Shown piece after piece: positions 1-10,700 of a stretch of 64,000 bases of DNA. Made by a program: the position numbers and the translations under genes. Position 1 is the stretch's first letter, and each line of letters begins with the position of its first letter. The notes beneath the pieces were generated by a model. The model had not been told where the DNA came from. It saw nothing but the letters and a program-made list of their open reading frames with translations, and searched no databases. The stretch comes from Hypanus sabinus. Its lineage: Eukaryota. The stretch lies in assembly GCF_030144855.1 (NCBI RefSeq), contig NC_082731.1:22754001-22818000 (forward strand), in the 5' to 3' direction.

Positions 1-252
1 TTTTCCACAGCTGCAGGCTTATGTCCGCAGACGGCTGTCTCAGTCACGGAATGGGGTGTGACGCTCTTTCCATGAGTTACGCGGACCTGTCGCATCCAAA
101 GCAGTAGGAGGAGCATGTATCAGAAAGCTGTGTTCCCATTGGGCGCTTTTCATTTCCTGCTCACTATTGCACTTAAACAGCAAAAGCGGAAAGTTCTGAT
201 ACCCTGCAATAATTTGATGAGGAGAAAATCATTTAGCACATTCTTCATAAAA

Positions 253-712
253 ATGATGTTGAGATTTGTCATCTGGATTGTTTGCGGAGCCTGGTTAACT
301 GGTTTGTACGCCGCAGAGAATGCAACAGTTTTCTCGAAACTCAATTATGCAGAAAAAAAAACAACATGTGAATGTAGCATTTAATGCCTTGATATTATTT
401 TTCAGATACGTGCCATGGAAACTCTGTCACTCAGACAATGTCATCAGAAGTGAAGACAGAAGAAGAGGCTGTGACTTTAAGCTGCACTTATGATACTACA
501 TGGGGTAGCTATTATTTATATTGGTACCGACAAAGACCGAAGCAAAGCCTTGAGTACATACTGCGAAGAAGTGATGGAGGATATGAATATAAAGCCGACT
601 TTGCCAACAGACGCTTCACATCCTCTCTGTACAAGGGAATAAAATTATTTAGTGTCACCATCTCAAAGCTGCAAATGGGCGACTCCGCTGTTTATTACTG
701 TGCCCTAAGCCG
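253..712 (+). CDS. TRAV/DV: T-cell receptor alpha/delta variable segment, apparently functional: leader exon 253-301, intron 302-405, V exon 406-712
   Basis: Leader MMLRFVIWIVCGAWLT + phase-1 donor (G|gtttgt) and acceptor ttttcag|AT splice in frame to DTCHGNSVTQTMSSEVKTEEEAVTLSCTYDTTWGSYYLYWYRQRPKQSLEYILRRSDGGYEYKADFANRRFTSSLYKGIKLFSVTISKLQMGDSAVYYCALS. Both conserved Cys, the WYRQ motif and DSAVYYCAL are present, with no stops. Alpha versus delta cannot be settled from this sequence alone. Confidence 0.93.
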
Positions 713-751
713 CACGGTGATGTATTCTAGTTAAATGCTCGTACAAATATT
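713..751 (+). promoter_or_regulatory. Recombination signal sequence (23-RSS) of the intact V
   Basis: Heptamer CACGGTG (713-719), exactly 23-nt spacer, nonamer ACAAATATT (743-751; consensus ACAAAAACC), directly after the YYCALS codons. Confidence 0.88.
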
Positions 752-1011
752 CAAATAGTGTCGATTCCATTCAATATATAGTGGTACACTCCTTTTCTGA
801 TTGTGGCTTCTCGCCACTAAATTGCCTGCTAAAGATCCTTCGCGTTCTTCTGTGAACACTCAGCAATGGTGAAACCGCAACGCTCTTTCCAATGTAGCAC
901 TGGGATACAGAGCCTCGGCCTCACAAACATTTAAATTGTGAAATTTACGTTAACCCGGCGTGAGAAATATGAGTGGTAAAATTCAAACGGCAATCACTCA
1001 GCAGTGCCTGT

Positions 1012-1063
1012 GTGTGAGTGTGTGCGTGTGTGTGTGTGCATGTGCGTGGGTGTGGGAGTGTGC
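1012..1063. repeat. Imperfect (TG)n microsatellite
   Basis: Visible TG run. Confidence 0.85.
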
Positions 1064-1112
1064 ATATTTGTTAGAGACGAAGAGACAAGTCTGATGATCA
1101 AATCAAATCTGA

Positions 1113-1212
1113 TGATCCTGACGAATGTTCTCGGCCTGAAATGTCGAGAGTCTTTCTCTTTATGGATGTTGCCTGCCTTGCTCCGTTCCACCGGCATGTT
1201 GTGTGTTGTTGA
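1113..1212 (+). mobile_element. Decayed Penelope terminal-repeat fragment with hammerhead-like core
   Basis: CTGACGA-atgttctcggcct-GAAATGTCG...gatgttgcctgccttgct...ccggcatgttgtgtgtt matches the terminal segment at 34281-34375. Confidence 0.65.
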
Positions 1213-1399
1213 CAAAGATGATGGATGATTTCCTTCAATAGAACCACTGAGCTGTTAGTGCAGAGATGAATGTCAGTCTTATTCGGTTGGTCTCTCTCTC
1301 TCTCTCTCTCCCTCCATCCCGAATCTGAGCTCTAGCCCTGTTCTCCAGCTTCATTTATGTTGGTGAAGGTAAGTATATTGGAGGCTGTTGATGCCGATC

Positions 1400-2120
1400 C
1401 GGAGGCTATCTGGCCTCCATCCTGATGACTGTGTATCAAATCTTTCATGAGCTGGGTGAATGGTTTCCTTCGTGATATCTCTGCCGTTTTCTGGCATTGT
1501 TCTGTATCTATTTCGTTGTTGGCCTGTAGGCTAGAACTTATTACGATTGGAAAGATTTGATTAACCACTATGGAGCTTCCCTGTCCGCTGCAGAGACTGG
1601 GCCAGACAGTGTTGCGGCATTCCTTTACTCACCACATAAGGGTCAGTTGATAGTTGAGCGGAAAGATATGCACAATCCAGCTCTCTGCTGTCCTAAGGGG
1701 AGAAAGAAAGCAAGAAACATAGGCGTTATTACCCTTTCCTGGTTGCTTAAGGTTTGCTCTGCAACATGAAAGTTATGAGAAATGTACGGCCCGGCGACTT
1801 AAATTGCTCGCAGCTTCAGGTGCTGCAGCGCTAATGCACACAATGGTGTTAGTAGTCCGTGTTACCAAAAAGTCAATCGCCATCTCCTTTGCTTTGGTGA
1901 ATTTTATGAAGACAATAATTCCATGGATCCGTGTTGCAGGTTCTTGCACTTCCTCTTTCGTCCATCTCATGATGTTTGGTGATGAGTCTCACCATTGCCG
2001 TGACTTCGACAGAGTGACAACGTTTTAGTTCAGGACATTGACCGTGTGGTCTTTTCTGAACCAAGCGTACAACAGTGGGGTCAGCACACAATTCTGGGTG
2101 GCACACGTGTGGCATATGCT
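1400..2120 (-). mobile_element. Degenerate Rex1/Babar-like LINE reverse-transcriptase fragment
   Basis: Minus-strand frames give ATQNCVLTPLLY (cf. PQGCVLSPLLY) and EEVQ...FTKAKEMAIDF (cf. KTKEMIVDF), broken by frameshifts. The 5' limit is approximate. Confidence 0.6.
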
Positions 2121-4617
2121 GGAGATTAGGAAATGCTGCGCATCCTGTTTATCTGTAATTTGTTGATTAACAAGTCCAGCGTCCTGTCCGTACGTAGTTT
2201 GTTGATTAGGAAATCCAGCGTCGTTCTGCACAATGTTGCAGTAGTATACTTCGAAAGAGCAGCAGGGGTCTTCTGGGTCTGTTGGAAAATAGTGTTGAAA
2301 GTCGAACTGAAAACTAGAAAAAACATTCTGACACCAAGGTCCCTCTTTTAATGTGATATGGCCAGGTGCATATCAGGTATAATGGCATATGTTAAAGGTT
2401 CTTGGAGTTATAATCCGAATAAAGTCTCAGAGTCATAAACTATTTCGTCCTTTCAACCTGCACCCGGACCAAAGCCCTCCATACGCCAGAATCCATGTCA
2501 TTATCCACACTTTGATTAGTTCTGAAACCGAGTTTACATGCACCATGCATGCTGGCAGCTCATCACATAATCTCACGACACATTACAAAATAAATTTCCT
2601 CCCATGTTTCCTTTAATCTTTTTATAATTCACCCTTAACACATGATTGCTGGTTATATCCCCACTGGCGCTAAATGAATGTAACCCTGATTAGGATAATT
2701 GGCAATTCTGGAGAAGCTGGCCTTACGACTGCTCATGCATGTTGAAAATAAATTTGAATTATCGGCGCAGGACCAGAAACTCCAAAAAATAAAAAAAAAA
2801 ATTATACTAGGCCTCTGGAACCAGAATAGAGGAAGCCTCTGTGGGTAAATCATGGATCCCGATAATCAGAATCAGGTAGAACTGTTGGACCCATGTTGAA
2901 AGATAATTCACATGTTTTATTTAGACGTTTGATCATGAACTTACCGTGGGATGCCAAATTAATTTGCATGAAGTGCAAACCAACTTAAACCAACACGCTG
3001 TTTGTGACGCATATTTTATTTCATTTTTTCATTTTTTATGATTGATGGAACTTTGCTGTTACTGGTTTGAGGTGTGATGCTCCACAGGTTTTGTTAGTTG
3101 CAAGTGCATTTTTCCATAGCTGCCCAGTATCAAAGAGTGAAGGCATTACTGGAGTTATCCCAGTTCAAAGTATTGAATGAATTTCAAGTCGTTCAGCGTT
3201 TTGGTGAAAGATAGTCCTTTCAGTTCGTTCGGGAATTGTGCCATTCATATTTGAGTTGAGCACATGCAAAGTCAGGAAGGATTGTGCAGTGACCGCCCTT
3301 TAGTCAACACGTCAGTTCCTTTAGTTTTCCTCTTGTTTTCTGCGAATAAGGCGTATCCTGGCAGTTGAATTCGCAGATCGTCTATATTTCGAAGGAATCG
3401 TTTGTTTCGGTGATTTCTATCCTTACTGACTGCATAAACACACGGTATTTTGAATTTAACACTATGTCTGTGCTTGGATGAGAATTCGTTAAGAACAGTT
3501 TATAACTTTGAATATTTGTGCCGTCTAACTGTCAATTTCCGGTTAAGTTAGTCGTTTGTTTACTTTTCTAAGTTTGAGCGGAATTTAATATATCTCGGTA
3601 TTTGTTTTAAACCCTGTCTCAGCTTCCTCTTCATTGTGTCTGCATTCGGAACATTGCGCTGGCGGTTGTTTGAATTTCCAAAAGTCCACGCACCAGCATT
3701 TTTCAACTGAACCAATCGAATCTTTCCTGATAAGACAAAACTTGAATATAATTGTAAGTCTCTCCTGCAGTCTTTTTACCGAACTGCCTCCTTCTGAACT
3801 ACGGTGACTAGAAATTCAATAATTACTGTTGGTGCTTTCCCTCAGTTATAACAGCAGTACCATATCTTGATCTCAGATTCGAATTCGCTGATGGCAAGCA
3901 AGACATATCGCCACACCCATGAAAGCATGTGAGTCTCCCCAAATGCTGCTGCTCAATCAGTTCAAGCTACCATGCACAGGGTAATTTCTAGCCCGGGATA
4001 TCTTACTGAAATGCATCACATACCGCTTAGCTACATTGAAATCGAAATGTGTTTCTTACTTGCCCAGCAAAAGCACGGAACTGTCGATTTCGGAACAGCG
4101 AAAAGGAGTGAAGTTTCAATAGTTTCCAACATAATACCTACTGAGTTTATAAAACCAGCTCTTAACCACAGCCAGTTGCTGAAGCATGGAACCAACCAGC
4201 CTCAACAACTTTCTCCAAGTCTTTACTTACCTTGATGCCGTGCCCTGTTAATTACCTGGTCTGGTTTTAATTGTGGCGCGTCAGAGTTGATGTTGTGCGC
4301 TTCATACGCAGAATATAGTTTACTGTTATAACGACTGCACTGGTTTGCTATTTATATATAAATGAAGAATTACGATATTTGACCCATCCGAGTCTGCTCC
4401 CCCATTTCATAATGGCAGCTTCAATTTTCCTCTCAGCCCCAGTGTTCTGTCTTCTGCCGATTTCCCCCCAAATCCTGACTGATCTATTATATATAAATGT
4501 TAGACTTAAATATGCATAACGTCTTGCATTCCAAACCTGCTTATGGCTAAATTTACAGACAGTCATCGCTCTCTGCCGGAGGAAATTCCTCCTCATATTC
4601 TTTCTAAAAGGACACCG

Positions 4618-5796
4618 TGTTAGGGTCCGGTCTGGAGCGCGCCTTTTGGGTCTTGCTCCGGTCCGTGGACTCCGGAATCTGGGCTTTGCAGCCAGCCCCC
4701 CTGTCACACGGAGCCATTGGATAATCCATGCTTAAGAAGGTACACCTGTCACCTTTGAGGGGGCAGGTGCTTATAAGGAGTTCGGGGACTGAGCTTAGTT
4801 GGAGGTAGTCCTGCTCTGCAGCCTGTGTCACCCGGTCTGTAACTGTTTCATCTGCTCCGAATCCTGTTCTGCCCTGGTTGCCGGCCTGTTCTGCCCGAGT
4901 TCTGACTTGCTCCGTATCGGTTCTCTCCAGGTTCGTCTTGTTTTCCTGCTTCTCTCCTGCCAACTGATGCCGCTGTTCCGCCGTTTTCGACTTGTCCGCG
5001 CTGCCGCGCTATCTGGTTGCCTCTCCCTATTTACTGGTATATCCCGTTTGTACTGCTGCTCATCCTGGATTCAGCTACCTTTGTTCTTTTCCCTCCGTCG
5101 GGTAAACAATGCCGTAACCGTTACCCCTGGGGTAACCGTTCCCCTTCCTGCCCCTTATCTCCGTCGGGTAAGCCGCTCCGTCGCCGTCACCCGTCGAGTG
5201 GTCCTGCCCCTTCGTCCCTTTGCTCCGTCGGGGAAGCCACACCGTCTACCATCGTCCGGAGTGGGGAGTCGGTCCCCTTCATAACTCTCACGTAAGATGG
5301 GTTGTGCCCCGCACCTACTTTAGTGTCCGCGCCTTGCCAAGGTCTCCGTGTCTCCGCCTGGTAGGCGGCCTTGCACAGGATGCGGCCTGCCCTGAGGACT
5401 GCTACCCTTTCCTCCCCTCGTTTCCGATGGGTTGTGCCCCGCATTAGCCCAGGTGTCCGCGCCTTGCCCAGGCCTCCGTGTTTCTGCCTGAGAACCGCCC
5501 CTGCCAGGGATCTACTTGGCCCGCTTTGAGGACTCCGACCCTTTACACCCATTGTTCCCTACGGGTTGTAGCCGCACTTGCCCAGGGTTCCGCGTGCTGC
5601 CCTGGCCTCCGTGTTCCTGCCAGGGAGGCGACCCTGCGTAGGAGATATGCGCCCGTCCCAGTGTGCTCTTGTGCCTGCCTGAACTGTGGGATCCTGCCCT
5701 GCCTGCATTACCCCTTGCATGCCATGGCATGCACTTCCTGTCCTGAGTACTTCAGTGCCTGCGTCCTGCATTTGGGTCCTGTCCCCGTTCATGACA
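4618..5796 (+). mobile_element. Solo LTR (Gypsy-like) with internal tandem repeats
   Basis: Begins TGTTAGG (4618) and ends ATGACA (5796), flanked by CACCG / CACCA (5-bp TSD with one CpG-type change). Pyrimidine-rich, with three ~130-bp units (gatgggttgtgccc at ~5297, 5426, 5560) and short ccgtcggg repeats. Confidence 0.7.
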
Positions 5797-6052
5797 CACC
5801 ATTTATTCTGAGGTGGCGTCTTCTGGACTCAGATTCTCCTGTCAAGGGTAGCTTCTTATCCATACTCGCTCTATGAAGGCTTTCAGCATTGGATAGATTT
5901 CAATGTAATGACCGCTCGACCTTATGACTTCCTTTAGCTGTACAGACAGCATCATTAAACGGTCCTTATATGGTAAACTGAAATGGTTCTGTGAACGTCG
6001 TCTGAATAGTTTCCTGGTTGAACGAATGAAAGACATTTTATTTTGCCAGTAC

Positions 6053-6933
6053 TGTTACAATCCAGCAAACATGAATAAATGACTGTGACAGTTTTTTTTT
6101 ATAACAAATAAAACATTTATTAATCATCGCTACGACAAATCTCAAAAATAAACAATCGACTAACTTAACTGGAAGTCGGCTGCTGAGCGGCAGCTCAAGC
6201 AGTTCTTAACGCTTAATTCGAAAACAGACTTAAAGCGATAAAACAAAAACAATTCTCAGAAGTACTAATGGGAAAGTACAAAATGATTTACTCTCAGTTA
6301 AATGAGAGAATTCTTGAAATGATGCAAATTATTTTTCTTGGAGTTACTTCTGATCGCAGCCGAAGTATGTTATCTCCTGGAAGATTTAAGAGCGAAGGAA
6401 GTAAAACCGCTTAAAGGCACTGACATTTCTTTGACGAAACTTTGTACCCAACCCTCTGCTCTTCTGGCAGAACAGGGGTTATCATGGATACTCCTTACTA
6501 ATTCCTGGGGCGAAGATTAAACAAAGCTCGAACATACTTCATAGCTGACATTAACTCTCTTGATCCTTCAGCTTCCCGAACTTTGACGAATCTTCACTCT
6601 CCCTCTTGATTTTATCTGTCAGTATTGTAGCAACACTGCTGGCAATAAACTTTGACTTAATGCAGAATGTAAAACTCACCTTTAAATGAAAGTGCGTCAT
6701 AACTTCGGAATACGCAAAAGCATGAAGTTACAAACAATTCAACCACGGACTGCCCACGTCACAGGGTTGGGTTCTCCTTTTTTACCCCGTTGAAAAAAAT
6801 ACGATCAGATGACTTCTCACATGCGGGAAAATTACCTCACTCCCCCATCAATAGACCATTACCTCGTCTCCAGCATAGCTTCAATTAAATCATGGTCACT
6901 TGACAGGTACACGATACCCACAGGTATGTAACA
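6053..6933 (-). mobile_element. Solo LTR with perfect 7-bp inverted termini and 4-bp TSD
   Basis: TGTTACA...TGTAACA flanked by GTAC on both sides (6049-6052, 6934-6937); AATAAA on the minus strand near the left end. Confidence 0.8.
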
Positions 6934-6937
6934 GTAC

Positions 6938-7700
6938 AAACAAAACAAAAAGCATAATTTGCTTCCATTATTTCATAAAGATGGTTTAATAAAAGAACAT
7001 TAAACAACCGCAATTATAAACATCTTTCAAACAGGCCGAAAAAATTCAGGCTGAAACTGCTGCTTATTGCGAATATACCCCTTCCTTACTAGCTGCGATT
7101 GACAAGATTGTGGCCCAATGTAGAAGTTGCCAATTTTGGAAAACTTAGCATCTTTTTCTTTTAACATGGTACCCTCCTAACAAAATCTAAAACCAAGTAT
7201 CAGTTATTTATATATCACTCAAATTCAGTTTAAATAAATTGTTGTATATGTGTTAATTAAGTAATTTGTAATTAACTTTTTAAGCTTGTTAAGTGTGGTA
7301 CATTTTAAAAAAAACCTTCTTACTACAAGTTTTCCATGTATTCACACCTCTGACTGAAATATACTGTTTTTTTTTACATTTCATCTTATACTTTGTTTTT
7401 GAAAAATACCTGTTCCTCTTAAATCATGTCGACTTCCTCTCTTTTTAAACGATCTTTGTATACTTTTTGGTAACTGTCCAATTTCTTTATTTTACAAGTG
7501 ATTTGCATTATTTAAAAATGTATAAAATCTCTAAATTTTAAGGTTTTTAGTTGAATAAATAGTGGTTTGTTTGGCTCATAATAACTTGTCTTAATTATAA
7601 TTCTTATGACTTTCTTTTGGAGTAGAAAAGTATGAGTTTTAAATTGTTTTGAATGTATTTCCCCATACCCCTACATAGTACGTCATGTATGGGACGAAGG
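6938..7700 (-). mobile_element. Possible non-autonomous DNA transposon remnant (piggyBac-like end)
   Basis: AT-rich tract interrupting a CR1. Its right end reads on the minus strand cccttcgtcccatacatgacgtactatgt, resembling piggyBac-type termini. The other end and a TTAA TSD were not identified. Confidence 0.3.
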
Positions 7701-10700
7701 GAACAGTATACAGAAAATCTCCGGATTTAAGAAATCTTGTGTTTTGTACAGTATTGCAATAGATTTCAGCCCATACTTTGCTTTCAAAGATACGGGGCCT
7801 AAAGCTGCTCATAATACTCCAAATGAGAGTGCAGCAGTGTTTTATAAAGTCTCAACAAAACATGCTTGTTTAGACTTATTGAAATGAATGATAACATCGC
7901 AGATGCATTCCTCATCGCAGTCTCAACCTGCGTATTAACCTTTGAGAATCGTGCAAAAGCATTCCCTACTTCATTTGACTGTTTGAGTTCTATTGTCTAT
8001 CCAATTAGTAAAAAGTCGAAAGTTTCATTTCCTTTACGATTCCACTCACTACATTCCATCTGCCCTTCTTTGCACTTTCTACTAAACTGGCATTTGTAGC
8101 CTCCCTGCGTTCTCAAAATGTCTTGTCAGTCTACCTACCTTCGTATCCAGCAAAAACAATAATTCCATAATCCAAGTCATTAAAAATTAACGTGAATTAA
8201 TTGATCCCAATGCAGTCCCCTGTGTAACACCACCTGTCACTAGTAGTCAACCAGAAAATGCTCCCGTTACTTTCGCTCTTTGCGTTCTTTCAGTCAGCCA
8301 CTGCTTGATCCATCTCAGATTCTGTGCAATTATACGATGGATTCCTGACGGATAAGCAGACTCAGCTTTGACGGCTTCTTATAGGCGTTGTAAAAAATCT
8401 AAATATACCAAATCATCCCATTGCCTATACTGCTTTCTCTATCGTCAACGGATTCCAAAAGATTTGTTAGACAAGATTTCCCAATGATGAAACTAGGCCT
8501 ACCACTGTTTTTCCTTTTTCTTTTTTTTTGTAATAATTTGCCTCCAAGTATCCCGAAACAGTATTCCCCTCAATTAAATCCATCATCTTCCTAAACACTG
8601 ATACCAGACTAACAGGCCTGTAATTTCCATTACACTGCCTCTCCCCCTGTCCAAAAGTGAAGTGGAATTTTCAATGTTGCTGTCTTCCAGAAACAGTACA
8701 AAATGTAACAATACTTCAGAAATCATTAATGAACACCCTACAATCCCTTCAGCCACCAATGTCAGAACTCATGGGCATACACTATTTGGCCTAGAAAACT
8801 TATCTCCCTTCAGAACTTCCAGTTTACCGAAACCAATCCTTCTAGTAATAATACCTTCATACACTGCATTACCGCCAAAATTGTTTCATGCCGATGTTCT
8901 CTTCAACATTGAAAACTGACGCAATATTTATTATTCCAAAGCCCGCCATTTTCGTTCGGCGTGGGGATACAGTCCCCTTCCTACCCATCACGTAAGATGG
9001 GTTGGGCCCCGCTCCTGCCGTGGTGTCCGCGCCTTGCCCAGGACTTCGTGTCTCCGCCTGGGAGGCGATCTTGCACAGGATGCGGAATGCCCTGAGGACT
9101 CCTACCTTTCCCTCCCCTCGTTTCCGATGGGTTGTGCCCGCATTGGCCCAGGTGTCTGCGCCTTTCCCAGGCCTCCGTGTTTCTCCCTGAGAAGCGCGCC
9201 TGCCGGGTTCTACGTGGCCCGCGTTGAGGACTCCGACACTTTCCACCCATTGTTCCCTACGGGTTGTGCACGCACTTGCCCAGTGTTCCGCGTCTTGCCC
9301 TGGCCTCCGTGTTCCTGCCAGGGAAGCGACCCTGCCTAGGAGATATGCGCCCAGTGTACTCTTGTGCCTGCCTGAACTGTGGGATCGTCCTGCCGTGTCC
9401 GAACACTGGGATCCTGCCCTGCCTGCCTGACCTCCGGGACATAGCCCTGCCTGAATTACCCCTTGCATGCCATGGCATCCACTTCCTGTCTAGTACTTCA
9501 GTGCCTGCGTCCTGCATTTGTGTCCTGTCCCCGTTCATAACACACCATTTATTCTGAGATGGCGTCTTCTGTAGTCAGATGCTCCTATGAAGGGTAGCTT
9601 CTTATCCATACTCGCTCTACGAAGGCTTTCAGCATTTGGTAGATTTCAATGTGATGACCCCTCGACCTCATGACTTCTTGTGACTGGACAGACAGCATCA
9701 TTAAACTCTCTTTATATGGTAAGCCTTTTAAAACTGAGATTGTTCTGTGAACGTCGTCTGAACACTTTCCATGTTGAATGAATGAAAGACATTTTATTTT
9801 GGCCAGTACTGTTACAATCCAGCAAAAATGAATATACGACTGAAACAGATTTTTATAACAAATACAACATTTATTAATCATCGCAAAAACAAAAAACTCA
9901 AAAATAATCAATCGACTAGCTTAACCGGAAGTCGGCTGCTGTGCGGCCGCTAGCATTTCTTAACGCGAAAATGCGAAAATATTCTACAAGCGATAATACA
10001 AAAACAGTTCTCAGAAGTACTAATTTGAAAGTCCAAAATGATTTACAGTCAGTTACATGAGAGACTTCTTGAAATTATGTAAATTCTCTTCCTTGGAGTT
10101 ACTGCTGATCCCAGCCGAAGGAAATCCCTGGAGGATTTACGATCAAAGGAAATAAAACAGCTTAAACGCACTGACATTTCTTTGACGAAACTTTGTACCC
10201 ACCCCTCTGCTTTTCTGGCCGAACAGGGGTTATCATGGATACTCGTTACTAATTCCTCGGGCGAAGATTGTACAAAGGTCGAACCTGCTTCATATCTGAC
10301 GTTAACTCTCAGTGCTCTTTCAGCTTCCCGAACTTCGACGAATCTTCACTCTCCCACTTGACTTCAACTGGCAGTATTGTACCAACACAACCGTCAATAA
10401 ACTTTGACTTAAGGCAGAATGTAAAACTCCAGCTGTAAGTGGAACTGCGTCATAACTTCGGAATACACAACAGCATGAATTTTCTACGAATTCAACCACG
10501 GACTGCCCGCGTCACAGCGTTGGGTTCTCCTTTTATACCCTGTTAAAAATACAATCACATGACTTCTCACATGCGGGAAAATGACCTCACAACCCCATCA
10601 CAAGACCTTTACCTTGTCTCCAGCATAGCTTCAAATACATCATGTTCACTTGACAGGTATAAGGTACCCACAGGTACGTAACAGTACAAACAATACAAAA

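Noticed and set aside
115-384. 89-aa ORF overlapping the V leader
   Set aside because: It is read-through across the 5' region, leader and intron; the spliced leader-V structure explains the sequence.
1343-1374. ttctccag-20 nt-gtaagt micro-exon pattern
   Set aside because: No partner exons or reading-frame support; adjacent to LINE debris.
4348-5876. Cluster of 100-160 aa ORFs on both strands (and again at 8869-9557)
   Set aside because: They arise from the GC-rich, internally repetitive solo LTR, not from genes.
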